A DNA stretch of 64,000 nt, from positions 99,512,001 to 99,576,000 of the forward strand of contig NC_058373.1 of assembly GCF_018350175.1 (NCBI RefSeq). Direction: 5' to 3'. A program made the translations under genes and the position numbers. Shown one piece after another: positions 50,220-62,780 of the stretch (positions within the stretch are counted from its first letter, which is position 1; each line of letters starts with the position of its first letter). This stretch comes from Felis catus. Its lineage: Eukaryota. The notes beneath the pieces were generated by a model. That model saw only the letters and a program-made list of their open reading frames with translations. It was not told where the DNA came from and did no database searches.

Positions 50220-50612
50220 TGCGTTAGTCAGCTCCTGCTGCAGCCCCAGTGTGTTTCAGACAAGCCCCAACGCGGTGGCTCAGAACAGTCAACGTTTATT
50301 TCTCACTCACGGTCTGCAGGTCAGCGGCAGCAGCTCCTCCTTGGGCTGAGCTTCGGGTTCAGGATTTAGGTTGCTACCAGTGACTTCTTGCGGGACCCAC
50401 GCTGAAGGACCTCTGGCTCCCAGAACATGATCTAAAGCGGCTTCTGGGGCTCAGAAGTGTCACGTGGACTTCTGTCCACATCCCATTGGCCAAAGCAAGT
50501 CACATGGCCAAGCCCACGGTGGGAACCCGGGAATCGAGGGGAAGTAGACTCTGTCCCACAGGGAAGGGGAGCCTAGAGGGAAATATTTGCTGAACGGTAT
50601 TTAATCAATCAC
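50220..50612 (-). mobile_element. MaLR LTR (MLT1J/K-like)
   Basis: TGCGTTAGTCAG start, TTTATTTCTCACTCAC, CATTGGCCAAAGCAAGTCACATGGCCAAGCCC, ends AATCACA. Confidence 0.75.
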
Positions 50613-50834
50613 AGCAGCTCTTCAAGGTATTGCATATTTAATGAGGTAATAAGGTATTGCTTGAGCTAGTTTTTCCTGAAAGTGTTCGCGAGCTGAAAAA
50701 GGAAAGAATGGACAATGAGAAGGTGGAAAGCAACAAAATGAGCAACTTGCTGTATAATTCCCTAGGAGGAAATCTCACACAAGCTCCTGGCCACCCCTAA
50801 GTAGTACTACCAAAAAAAAAAGGGGGGTGGGGGT

Positions 50835-51019
50835 GGGGCTAGGTGGCTCAGTCCTTAACCTTCAGACTCTTGGCTGTGGCTTAGGTCATGATCTCACAGT
50901 TTGTGAGTTCGAGCCCCGTGACAGGCTATGAGCTGTCGGTGCAGAGCCTGCTTGGGATTCTCTTTCTCCTTCTCTCTCTGCCCCTCCCACCCCAAATAAA
51001 TAAACTTAAAAAAAAAAAA
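50835..51019 (+). mobile_element. CanSINE
   Basis: GGTGGCTCAGTC..GAGTTCGAGCCCC..AATAAATAAAC plus A tail. Confidence 0.85.
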
Positions 51020-51049
51020 GCAGGGGAGTTAAAAGTATCATTTCAGAGC

Positions 51050-52293
51050 AGGGTGGATCCTTATTTTGCTTGTATATATGATTTAGGGCCTTTAAGAAAA
51101 GAAATGCCAAATTACAAATACAAACTCAAATTTAAAAGTGTTTATTTAAAATGAGAAAATAAACCACAAAGCATATGTTTTGAAAAAATTGATAATTAAC
51201 AAAAAATATCCCCCCCCAAAAAAGATATTTTAATTAACTAACTACTGATACACCTCTATGTGTCTTTCTACATATTTGGGATGCAAAAATTTTGATAATA
51301 CCTTCATTTGACAACAGTTTTGTTACATCCCTTCTACATGGAGAATTGATAAAGGTAGTCATTCCTCTGACATGATAGCTTCTGACTCTATAATTCAAAG
51401 TGTTTCTCCTCCACAAGTCACACTTCCAGCACTGGACACCCTGGGGTATCTTCATAGTGTGACATTACCACTGGTTCTGGAGTTGCATGTTAGCTGAGTT
51501 CACACATTGGTCAGGAAGAGCATAACTGGAAATAACCAAAATGTCTACCAACCGAGGAATGGATGAACAAAATGGAGTATTATGTAGCCATAAAAATGAA
51601 TAAAGAACTGACTCATGCTATAACAGGAGTGAACCTTGAAACATTGTGTGAAGTGAAAAAAACCAGACACGCAAAAGGTCACATATATTATTTCTTTTAT
51701 AGAAAGTGTCCAGAATCAGCAAATTCGGAGAGACAGGAAGTAGATTAAGAGGGAATTAAGAGATCAGGAGTTGGCTGGCCATGGGGGAAGGAAAGAATGG
51801 AGAGTAACTAATGGGGTTTCTTTGGGAACGCGGGGTGTGAAAAGGTTCTAGAATAAATAGTTGTGATAGTTGCAGAGCCTTGTGACTACTCTAAAATAAC
51901 TGAATTATATGCTTTAAGATTCGATTTTATGGTATATGAGTTATATCTCAATTAAAAAAAAAGAGAGAGCATTCCCAAAAGCCATTGCTACATTCAAAGA
52001 GCTGGCAATAACTATGCCCAGAAGTGCCTGCAAACTATGTAAATACATCACACTGAACGAAATTCACTGTATCTTTGCTTTGACATCCCTTTAGTCAGAT
52101 CCCGAAATACCCTTAGCTGCTTACCACGTGATATGAAAGGATGGTGATGGAGGGAAGTCAGGGTGGAAGGAGATACTGGTTTCACTTCTGCAAATTTTAC
52201 AAAAGCATATGACCAAGTGAACACATGGTCAAGGCCCTGAAAGGGGTCCCTGTGAGAGCCCTGAAGTTCAAGGACCACACTTAATCCTCTCTT
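51050..52293 (+). mobile_element. Possible hAT-Tip100 (ORSL-like) relic interrupted by an L1 fragment
   Basis: Left CAGGGTGGATCC..GGGCCTTTAAGAAAAG..CAAATTACAAATACAAA; right GCCCTGAAGTTCAAG..AATCCTCTCTTG resemble recalled ORSL ends. Confidence 0.4.
51522..51962 (+). mobile_element. L1MB-like 3' fragment
   Basis: GAATGGATGAACAAAATG..GTGAACCTTGAAACATT..TTATATCTCAATTAAAAA; AGAGCAT on both sides. Confidence 0.8.
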
Positions 52294-53295
52294 GGCTAGT
52301 CCCCCTCCCCGCCCCCACATCCCACTCCCACCCTTTGCAGACCACGCTCATTTCAATTTTAGAAAACGGTCATGTGGTCCTGAATCTTTTTATACAGTTT
52401 CTTGAAAGGAAACAAAGCAGATTTCTTAACTAAGTTTTTAAATCCTGTTTCTGTTTCCATTGTACCTGAATAGACTAAAACACTTCTCCCCCTAAACAAA
52501 CAAATAAACAAACAAAAACCTTTTTTCTTTATTCAGGACTTTGCAATTTGTTCCCTTCTCCATGAAATAGAGACGACCCTCCAATTGGAATCTCTCTCAA
52601 CAGGATCAGCCCCTTCTCAGAGGATCAAAGCCAAAATTTCATTTCAACACCAAAGCCTAACCAGAACTCCAGAGCCCTAAGAATTCTCCCTGCACTGATG
52701 ACTCAGCCCCTCAGGCTGCCCCTCCCCCTCATGGAATCCTCTCCCTCCAGCTGTAGCCCTAATTTTGTCCTGCACCTGACTGGCTCCTTCCCAAGCTTCT
52801 CTCCTGCTCAGCTGGATTGGATTCAGATGTCCATAAATTCCCCAGCTGCCTGGAACCAAAGTGTTTGTCATCCCAGAGGAGGCAGCTCCACCAGATCCAG
52901 GCACTTGATATTCACTCAGTTGGAGAGTATGTAATTCTCAAACTCTGAAAGGCAAATAGGGATATTTTTCTAACATTGAGTGTGTTTCAGACTCTGAGTG
53001 GCCCATTTCCCAATAACCAAAAAATACTCTTTTGGATACAAACTTCTAACTTCCCATTCAGGTGTTTATAAGAAATCAGTTTTAAGAAAATAAATTGTTC
53101 CTGCTTTCTAACCAAATTTTCATGTCCCCTTCTCATTTCCACAAAGATGGGTGAATTAACACAAATCCCAGTGACTGTCAAAGGTTGGGTGGTTTAGTCA
53201 GAACCAAGACTTTCATTTCAAAATGGTGGACCAAGTATAAGTTGCAGTTTCTTCCAAATTCCTAGAAATAATTGTGCTTAAAAACGAGATAAGAT

Positions 53296-53417
53296 GGGGC
53301 ACCTGGGTGGCTCACTCGGTTGAGGGTCCAACTCTTGATTTCAGCTCAGGTCATGATCTGACAATGCTTCATGTGTTCGAGCCCCATGTAGGGCTCTGTG
53401 CTAAGTCTGCTTAGGAT

Positions 53418-53464
<47 letters not shown>

Positions 53465-53529
53465 GCCCCTTTTCCACTTGCACATGCTCTCTCTCTTAAA
53501 ATAGATATAAATAAACTTAAAAAAAAAAA
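53296..53529 (+). mobile_element. CanSINE (older)
   Basis: Full SINE with (CT)n and A tail. Confidence 0.88.
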
Positions 53530-53571
53530 CCTAGAGAAGACTTTGGTCATAAACAAAGAATAAAAATGGAT

Positions 53572-53687
53572 GGGCACTTAGCTGGCTTAGCTGGTGGAAC
53601 ATGTAACTCTTGATCTCAGGGTTGTAAGTTTGAGCCCCACATTGGGTGTAGAGATTACATAAAAATAAAATCTTAAAAAAAATAAAA
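53572..53687 (+). mobile_element. Short CanSINE
   Basis: TSD-like AAAGAATAAAAAT. Confidence 0.8.
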
Positions 53688-53775
53688 GAATAAAAATTTA
53701 CAAGATTGGATCGAAAGGGAAATATATAGTCCAGACTCATCTGAGACTCCCGAGAAAAGTTGAAGCACACTAAGC

Positions 53776-53833
53776 GGGGAGGCTGGGGAGGGTGGGGGGC
53801 GGGGTGGGTGTATACAATTGGAGGCTGCATAAA
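53776..53833 (+). promoter_or_regulatory. Candidate core promoter: G-tract/GC-box cluster plus CATAAA box
   Basis: GGGGAGGGTGGGGGGCGGGGTGGG (Sp/KLF motifs, G4-forming) followed by CATAAA at 53828-53833; motif evidence only. Confidence 0.3.
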
Positions 53834-54610
53834 CTTGCAGCAGAAGGGAGTCCAGAGCAACAGACAGGGTACACAGATGTCACAGCAACAGCAGCCAGGC
53901 AGCAATGACAGTGTGTCTGCCTCCAGGCTCCATCAGATCACAGACAGGGCAGCAGATGGCTGATGACCTTAATGGGAAATGGTGAGTACCAACATCCACC
54001 AGACAAACCAGTAAGGTGCCCTGCCAGGTGACACATCCTGTCCTTTCTCTTCCTGAAAGCAGGCCAGAATGCAGGCAAGTCACAAGGACAACTCTTGGTT
54101 CTTTCCCAGGAAGACCATACACACAGATGTGACAGAGAATCTAAGTGGGAATCTCAACCATAGAGATGAGCCCACAACCAAGAAATAGGAAGTATTCAAG
54201 CAAACCAACCTTCATGAAGGAGACAGTGAACGAAAGGAGTGCAAGAACATGTATGGTGAAACAAAGTTAATGGCATGATGGAAATGGCACTTACAGACTA
54301 GGACCGGGTTTCCTCATTCTCAGGCCACCAACCAATCTTTCCCCTTCTTCGCATCGCCATCCATTCCTAGACCGGCACTCCCTATACAGTAGGAACATTT
54401 TTGAGATGTTTCTTTATTTCCCCAAATAAAAGCTATTTTGGGGGGAAAAGGCACATTAGAATGAGGAAGGTCCATACAGATAGATAACTACTTCATTTCC
54501 TCATTTCCTATTTTGAAGAAGTGCCTCCCCATCCACCCTGAAATGTCTGTAATGCTCTCCCCCCACCCCCACCCATCCATTCATAGGCAAGGCAGAAAGA
54601 ACTAAACCAT

Positions 54611-55250
54611 GTCATTTGCAGCAATGTGGATGGAACTGGAAGGTATTATGCTGAGTGAAATAAGTCAGTCAGAGAATGACAGATATCATGTGTTTTCACT
54701 CATATGTGGATCTTGAAAAACTTAACAGAGGACCATGGTGGAAAGGAAGGGGAAAAAACAGTTACAAACAGAGAGGCAGGGAGGCAAACCATGGGAGACT
54801 CTTGGATACAGAGAACAAACTGAGGGTGGATGGGGGCGGGAGAGAGGGGACAATGGGTGATGGGCACAGAAGAGGGCACTTGTTCGGATGAGCACTGGGT
54901 GTTGTATGTAAGTGACGAACCACGGGAATATACCCCCAAACCAAGCGCACACTTTACATACTGTACGTTAGCCAATTTGACAATAAGTTATATTAAATTT
55001 TTTTTAACATTTATTTATTTTTGAGAGATACAGAGACAGAGTGCGAGCGGGGGAAGGGCAGAGAGAGAGGGAGACACAGAATCCGAAGCAGGCTCCAGGC
55101 TCTGAGCTGTCACCACAGAGCCCAACGCGGGGCTTGAACTCATGAACTGTGAGATCATGACCTGAACTGAAGTCGGACACTTAACCAACTGAGCCACCCA
55201 GTCGCCCCATGACAACAAATTGTATTAAAATATATAATCAATAAATAAAA
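54611..55250 (+). mobile_element. Feline L1 3' terminal fragment interrupted by a SINE
   Basis: CATTTGCAGCAATGTGGATGGAACTGG..GAGCACTGGGTGTTGTATG..CAATTTGACAATAA. Confidence 0.88.
54998..55208 (-). mobile_element. CanSINE
   Basis: Degenerate TSD TGACAA(T/C)AA(G/A)TT(A/G)TATTAAA. Confidence 0.9.
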
Positions 55251-55259
55251 TGACTGTAC

Positions 55260-55880
55260 AGCTTTGTAACTCCTTGTGCTGTCTAGGGCCCCATTGCTTC
55301 CATCCTCCCATGCGTTCTCTGCACTTTAGCCAGATGGGACTTTCTAAAATGCAGAATCTGAGTACATCATTCTGGATGCTGCAGAACTTTTCAGGGTCTT
55401 CTCTTAGGTTTTTATATTGAGTTCACTTTCCTTAAGTTAGCCTACAATACCCTGTAGGATCTGGCTTCTCCCTTTTTGTCCAGTCTTAATCTCTGGATGC
55501 TTCACAACCACTCTGTCTGATCTCCTTTCTTCTATGACTCACCCTCAGCAAACTTCTTTCACTTGTTCCTCTCTTCTCCAAGTTGTTTTGTCTGCTTGAA
55601 ACAGTCTTTCCTTCCCTTTTCACAAGGCCAATGCCTATTTGGCCTTGCAAGGCTTGCAGCTCTGGGAAGACTTCCTGGGCCTCCAGAGTCAGTGTGCCTC
55701 TTCTGTGTTCCCATGACACTATGTACCTCATTCTGCATGTATCTCTCTGGACCATGTGTTTTCTTGCCTGTACCTCCTCTACCATATAAGTCCCAGAGGG
55801 TAAAGATTTCTTTGTGCTCTGTTTTATTCACACATGAAGCATGGGAAGCCACAATGGCAACCTTTTGAATGGATGAACTG
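55260..55880 (+). mobile_element. Degraded L2
   Basis: CTTTCTAAAATGCAGAATCTGA..TCTGGGAAGACTTCCTG..TTTTGAATGGATGAA. Confidence 0.5.
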
Positions 55881-57239
55881 TCTGATGCCTTTATCCGTGT
55901 TTTTGCAGTACACTATGAACAAATTTAGAGCTCAAGAGAAATAGGGCCATTTTCCTCTTTGACAGAATGGATTTGCAGGCTGTTCTCAGATCTACCTTGA
56001 CTTATAGATCATCTATTTACTCGACAAGTTAATTCAACAAATACTATGGAGGATCAGGAACATCCCATATGCTGGGTACAGCAACAAACAGAACAGACAC
56101 AAATCTCGTGGAATCTAATTTTTTGGGAAATTACATGACCACCAGCCTCCTCTTCTCCACCAATCCTCCCCACGACCAGTTGGACATTCTGCTGGCATCC
56201 TCCCCACCTCTTGATGAGTCCTGCTTGTATAAGACGCCATGTTTCAGAACTGTACTTCCAGATTCCATTTCATTTTTATTTTTAAACTTTCTATAATGGA
56301 AGATTTCAAACATATACAAAAGTACAGAGACTCGGTTGATGAAACCCTGTATATCTAACATGTCAACTTATGTCCGGATCATCTCATTTATACACTTTTT
56401 AATTGCCCACTAGATTATATTAAAGCAAATCCAAGAATCTAGTCATTTCATCCATAAATCCCTTCTGAAGGACGAGGGTTTCATAGGGACTTGGAGAATG
56501 GATAGGTCATAGATGGGTGGAAAGGAAGCAGCATGGTAACTGAAATGAGAATGGGAGAATAAGGAAGGGTCTGGGCAGGAAATGAACACCATATACACCA
56601 TCAGGAGGAAACTCTTCTGGATAGTGAGAAGGTTGGGCAGATCAGGTAGAAATGATTGTAAAAAGTTTCAAATGCCAGCATGAGGATGTGTGTTCCTACA
56701 GAGAAGGTTAGGTATTGACACATTTTAAGTATGATATGAGCCAAGCAGTGTGTGAGACAGAATCATCTGGGTTGGCAGTGCACCCAGGGGACCCAAGGGA
56801 AAAAATGAATGGAGGGAAGAAGGGCATAGAGGAGTCATCATTATAATTCAGCACAAGGGCCCAGACCACCATGATGTTGGTAGAATTGGAGAGGAGGGAT
56901 GGGCTAGGACGCATTTCAAAGGCTGAAAAAACAAAATGTGTTCCTTTTCTCAATAGAGTCATTAAGGAGAGAATAAGAGATGGGTATGAGGCTCCAAGTC
57001 TGGGCAGCTTGGAGACTGGAAGTGTCAGTCACAAAGTCAAACGGGAGGGAGAATGTCTTTGGGAGATTATAAATTTTATTTTGGACTTAATAATGGGATA
57101 TCCAAATACAAACATCGGTTAGTCCGTTGGAAATGCAAGATTGGAACTTGGGCGATAGTGATCTAAAAGGCTTCGGTTTACCCACCTACAGTTGATAGTT
57201 GAGGTCAGGAGTCTTTAGTAGTTTTATGCTCAAAGAATG

Positions 57240-57440
57240 GAAAGGGCAACAGGGAGAGGAAGAAAAGGAGGGAAAGAGAGAGCAGGGGAAGTTGAGGAGA
57301 GGAAAAGAAAGGAAAGGACAGAAAAAGGAGAGCAGAATTGAAGAGAGGACAGGAGAGAGGGAAAAAGGAGCAAGTCAGAGAAACAAGAAGAGTCATGGCT
57401 ATGAAAGGAGAAAAGGTAAAAGCACCAGGAGAGTAAAATA
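57240..57440. repeat. GA-rich polypurine low-complexity tract
   Basis: Direct reading. Confidence 0.75.
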
Positions 57441-58401
57441 ACGTCAGAAGTTACGGGAGCGCCTTTCTTAAAAGAGAATTTGGGTCATGAGTGGGACTCT
57501 GTCAGTAGGGAAAGCCCAGTGAATATGCATGATGTCATATGCTGTACATTCACAACACACACAAGGCCATATTCAATGTGTTGACCTTAAGGGCAGAGCA
57601 CAAGGTTCATTTTGTTCCCCCCTCTGCACCCCTCCCTCCCCCAGCATTTGCCTCAGAAAAGAAGGAGAAGTCTGTACTGGGAGAGTCCTCATTCTTCAGC
57701 TGGTCTAGTTGTTAGCTGTGTTGTGAAAAAGGCTGGCTTTCAGTAATTGAAAAATTCATTTCTGCTTAAAGTCGCCGTAGTGAGTCCATGGTGGGTATTA
57801 GGCTTGGGAGACAAATGCCCGCCAAATTTAGTGTCAGGGAAGAAGTGACAAAGTCAGGAATCACCATTGGAGAGAAAGCAACCTGGCTTAGGAGGAATAA
57901 GTTGTGCCCCGACCTGTACTACAATCCAAAGAGGATTAACTTATGCAGTTTGGGTGCCTCCTTTAGTGACTGCAGGAAAAATAAATCAAACTTACAACCA
58001 TGGAAGACAAACTGAAGTCTTAGAAATTATATTAACCATGGGAAATTGCATCACAGCATGCATTAGGTGGCATTACAAATACAAATAGAAGGGAGAGAGT
58101 GCTAGAAAAAAAAGAGTCAGAAAAAAATGGAATTTGTGTGTTACCAGAATCCTATGGAAGAGAAGATGGTTGAGATGTAGAAAACTGGTAGTGACCACAT
58201 ACAGAGAAATGGAGTGAGACAGAGGAGGTGGTTGGTTTATCAGATTATGTTGTTCATTTAAATTTGCTTTTGGAAATATCCAGTTTCCTTTATTTTTCCC
58301 CATGTTCTATGTTAACCAAGATTTACTTTTCCTATTGTTTTTAAAGCTATGGTTAGAGATAACTTCAATTTCAACTATTCACCAAGAATTTATCTTTTCC
58401 T

Positions 58402-58613
58402 TTATTTAAAAAAAATTTTTTTTAGTGTTTACTTATTTTTGAGAGAGAGAAAAAAAAAGACAGCACGAGTGGGGAAGGGAGGGAGACACAGAATCTGAAG
58501 CAGGCCCTGAGCTGTCAGCACAGAGCCTGACGCAGGTCCCAAACTCACGAACCACGAGATGATGACCTGAGGGGAAGTCAGACATTTAACCGACTGAGCC
58601 ACCCAGGCGCCCC
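58402..58613 (-). mobile_element. CanSINE
   Basis: TSD TCTTTTCCTTTATTT. Confidence 0.9.
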
Positions 58614-59239
58614 TCTTTTCCTTTATTTTTAAAAACCTTTAATGATAGAAAATTTTGAGCTCAGAAGTAGAAAGAACAGTATAATGAACTCACATGTACC
58701 TATTATCAAGTTTCATCAATTTTTTTAACTCATCTGGAAATACTTCAATACATATCTACATTTTGCTGATCAAAAGGCTTAAAAATGGCACTTACTCCAT
58801 TATGATAATACAACTAAAATAATTCCTTTATGTCATTGACTGTTAAACCTATAGTCAAATCTCCCTGATTATCTTAAAGATGTATTTTATAGTGAGTTTG
58901 TTCAAAGAAGGATCCAAAGAAGATCCCTACTTTGGATCTGGTTATTATATCTCCTAAGTATCTTTTATCCTCTAAAAATCCATACTTCTATTTTTTTGTG
59001 TCATTATTTTGTGGAGAAACTAGCTCATCCGACTTACAGAATATCTTATTCAGGATTTTGGCATCTTAGCGATCTTGTTTAAATTGTTCCTTCCTTCCTC
59101 TTGTTTTCTGCAAACTGACAGCTAAGCCTACTGAGTTGATGAGATTCAGGTTTGACTTTTTTTAGGCAAAAAGACTTCCTAAGTGGTGGTATGTTTTTCC
59201 TACAATAGGACATCATTATATAGTCCAGTTGTTGTATGT

Positions 59240-59434
59240 TTTTTGTTGTTGTTGTTTGTTTATTTTGAGAGAGAGCGCAAGCAGGGCAGAAGCAGAGAGA
59301 GAGGGAGAGAGAGAAAACTAAGAAGGCTCTGCTCTGTCAGCGAGGAGCCCCACTCGGGTCCAATCCCACGAACCATGAGACCATGACCTGAGCCAAAAAC
59401 AAGAACTGGATGCTGAACCACGTAGGTGCCCCCT
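59240..59434 (-). mobile_element. Old CanSINE
   Basis: Antisense SINE ending TAGGTGCCCCC. Confidence 0.8.
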
Positions 59435-59583
59435 AGTTGTTTTACTTTTAATGATACCAAGGGAATCAGTGGATTCAGATGATACTTCCATTATGAAGTT
59501 CTGCATTGACTTTTAACCTAATTGTTTTACAGAACACTGATGATCGTTGCCTAGATCATTGGGGGTGCAAAATGACGATTTTC

Positions 59584-59807
59584 TTTTTTTTTTTTTAATT
59601 TTTTTTAACGTTTATTTATTTTTGAGACAGAGAGAGACAAAGCATGAACGGGGGAGGGTCGGAGAGAGGGAGACACAGAATCTGAAACAGGCTCCAGGCT
59701 CTGAGCTGTCAGCACAGAGCCCGACGCGGGGCTCGAACTCACGGACCGCGAGATCATGACCTGAGCTGAAGTCGGCCACTCAACCGACTGAGCCACCCAG
59801 GCGCCCC
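59584..59807 (-). mobile_element. Young CanSINE
   Basis: TSD-like AAAATGA(C/T)GATTTTCT. Confidence 0.93.
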
Positions 59808-61212
59808 TAAAATGATGATTTTCTAATTGTCATTTTTTCTGCATTACAGGTTGGAATTATTCTATAAAGACCTTTTCCTCATCAACAATTCGGTTACCCT
59901 GGAATATAGTACTTACAAGAAAGGCAGGATAAATCTTTCATATTTTCCTTTTCGATACAATTTTGAGTAATGACATGGTGTCACAGCAAGCTCCAAAGAT
60001 GGCCAATGAAACATTTTTGCAAACGGTTATAAACTCAGGAATTTTATGCATTTGAATCTTTTTCATGCTCAAATTGCCCCATCTTTGGTAAATGGGAGCC
60101 TCAACGGTGACTTTTGTGTCCTTTCGATGTGATTCCATTTGTTTCAAAAGGCTTATTGCTTCTTTGACATAAAATGATGTCCCAGACTCACTTGTTATCT
60201 TCCTTCCCTAGACTTGGAATCGGGCATTTTTCTAGTTCTAGAAACCATTTTCTGGTTTCTCTTAGTGGGAATGGTAGAGACCAGAATCTGAATGTGCGCA
60301 TATTACTACTGAACTATCATTGCTTCTAGGCCTTTTCAAGGGATAGAGAGCAATAAAATATGTATTTTTTATTTATTTTAAGAAAAAAAAAGTTCGTACT
60401 GATATTTTCTATTCAGATGGAAGATTATAGGACTTTTACTTAATTTCTTTGATTTTTATACTCTTATTTTAGTAATATTACTATTGTAATATTAACATTA
60501 TTGTAATATTAATATTACTATTAACATAGTAATACTGATGTTTTAGCATCTCTTATTTTGAATCAAGAGCCAGGATTTACCAGATATTTAAGAAAATCTT
60601 CATAGTGAAAACAAAACAATAAAAGGAATAAAAGAAAACATTAATGCAAGAAGGAATTACAATCAGTACCCTCAGAGACTTCAGAGACAATATTGCTTCC
60701 ATGAAATTATTGCAAAAAAATCTTAATCTATGTTAAATGTGTTGTAAACTAAAGCTAATGAGTGATTATGTTAATATCATAGAAACCAAGTTTCTCAGCA
60801 AAGGAGAAATAAGATACAAGTATAAAATCGAGTAAGTTATGTAAAAACTTTGCAACCATGAATTAAATTTGAAAATATTAATAGGACTCAATTTTTCTCA
60901 TTTTCAACAATAAGTATTTTCTCACTGTTTGCTTTGAAAAATCCACAAAACAATGACAATTCAGTGGCAAAGAATATCCCTCATGCCCAGATGGTAGTCT
61001 CTAAATAACATTTCCTAATGAAAAGGAAGTAGGGATCCTGGGAAAAATACCACAAGGATGCAATAAGCCAAATCTAGGATGTGGGAAATTCTATAGGAAC
61101 TTATGACCCAATTTCTCCTACAAATAAATGGCATTAAAAAAAGGAGAGAGGAACCAATATGTGTTATGTGTGGATATCGTTTGGATTCTGTGGTATAATA
61201 AGAAATATGTTT

Positions 61213-61429
61213 GGGGGCGCCTGGGTGGCTCAGTCGGTTGAGCGTCCGACTTCAGCTCAGGTCACGATCTCGCAGTCCGTGAGTTCGAGCCCGGCGTCGG
61301 GCTCTGGGCTGATGGCTCAGAGCCTGGAGCCTGCTTCCGATTCTGTGTCTCCCTCTCTCTCTGCCCCTCCCCCGTTCATGCTCTGTCTCTCTCTGTCTCA
61401 AAAATAAATAAATGTTAAAAAAAAAAAAA
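61213..61429 (+). mobile_element. Young CanSINE
   Basis: TSD AAGAAATATGTTTGG. Confidence 0.95.
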
Positions 61430-61480
61430 GAAATATGTTTGGTCTTTGTGATTCTATGATATTAAAAAAATTACTAATTT

Positions 61481-61672
61481 GGGGGTGCCTGGGTGGCTCA
61501 GTCAGTTAAACGTCTGACTCCCGGTTTCAGCTCAGGTCAAGATCTCACGGGTTCATGGGATTGAGCCCTGAGTCAGGCTCCATGCTGAGACCACAGAGCC
61601 TGCTTAGGATTCTCTCTCTCCCTCTATGCTCCTCCCTCCCCCCTGAAAATAAATAAATAAACTTTAAATAAA
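61481..61672 (+). mobile_element. CanSINE
   Basis: Flanked by ACTAATTT copies. Confidence 0.88.
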
Positions 61673-61683
61673 ACACTAATTTT

Positions 61684-61890
61684 GGGGCATCTCAGTGGCT
61701 CAGTTGGTTAAGCATTTGACTCTTGATTTCAGCTCAGGTCATGATCTCACAGTTCATGAGTTTAAGTCCTGCATCAGGCTCTGTGATGACAGTGAGGAAC
61801 CTGCTTGGAATTCTCTTTCTCTCTCTCTCTCTCTGCCCCTACCCCACTCGTGCTCTCAAAATAAATTAATTAATTAAAAAATTTTTTTAA
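61684..61890 (+). mobile_element. CanSINE
   Basis: Flanked by ACTAATTTT copies. Confidence 0.88.
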
Positions 61891-61951
61891 ATACTAATTT
61901 TATTATGTATGCTATATGATAGTAGTATTGTTATGTTATAAAAAGAGACCT

Positions 61952-62054
61952 GGGGCTCCTGGGTTTCTTAGACAGTTGAGCATCTGACTCTTGATTTTGG
62001 CTCCGGTCATTATCCCAGGGTCAGGATCTATGTTGAGCGTGGACCCTGCTTAAG

Positions 62055-62107
<53 letters not shown>

Positions 62108-62183
62108 CCCTCTCCCTCTGCCCCTCTCCTCCCATGCCCTGCTGTGTGTTTTCTCTCTCTCTCTCTCTCAAAAAAAAAAAGAG

Positions 62184-62230
<47 letters not shown>

Positions 62231-62232
62231 AA
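61952..62232 (+). mobile_element. CanSINE with (CT)n and (GAAA)n tail
   Basis: TSD-like AAAAGAG(A/T)CCT. Confidence 0.85.
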
Positions 62233-62245
62233 AGAGTCCTTATCT

Positions 62246-62350
62246 GGGGCACCTGGCTGGCTCAGTCAGTAGAACATGGGACTCTTAATCTGGGGGTTGT
62301 GAGTTCAAGCCCCATGTTGCACATAAGAGTTTATATATATAAAAAAAAAA
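62246..62350 (+). mobile_element. Short CanSINE
   Basis: TSD AGTCCTTATCT. Confidence 0.85.
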
Positions 62351-62573
62351 GTCCTTATCTGTTAGCAACACATTCTGAAGTTTTTATAATTGAAATGTAA
62401 GGATTGCTTTAAAACTGCATACTCTAGGTTAAAAAAGTAGAAGAGACATAAGTAAAACAAATTTGGTAAAATATTGATAAATATTGAAGCTGGGTTCAAT
62501 ATATTATCCTCTCTGTTATTTTGTGTGTTTGAAAACGACATTAATAGAAAAGGTTTTAAAAAAAGATATTATT

Positions 62574-62741
62574 GGGGGTGCCTGGGTGGCTCAGTAAGTT
62601 AAGTGTCTGACTTCGGCTCAGGTCACAATCTCACGGTGGGTGAGTTTGAGCCCCGCATGGGTCTGTGTGCTGACAGCTCAGAGCCTGGAGCCTGCTTCCG
62701 ATTCTGTGACTCCTTCTCTCTCTGCCCCTTCCCCATTGCGT

Positions 62742-62780
<39 letters not shown>

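Larger units (their letters stand above)
58625..60465 (-). mobile_element. Ancient L1 (L1MC-like) 3' region, antisense, with 2 nested SINEs
   Basis: AAAGAACAGTATAATGAAC..CAAATCTCCCTGATT..CTCAAATTGCCCCATCTTTGG..ATGTCCCAGACTCACTTG. Confidence 0.6.

Noticed and set aside
54541..55263. AAATGTCTGTAATGCT / AAATGACTGTACAGCT as TSD of the L1 fragment with about 55 bp of extra 5' sequence
   Set aside because: Only 13/16 identity and offset from the L1 start; too weak without an empty-site alignment.
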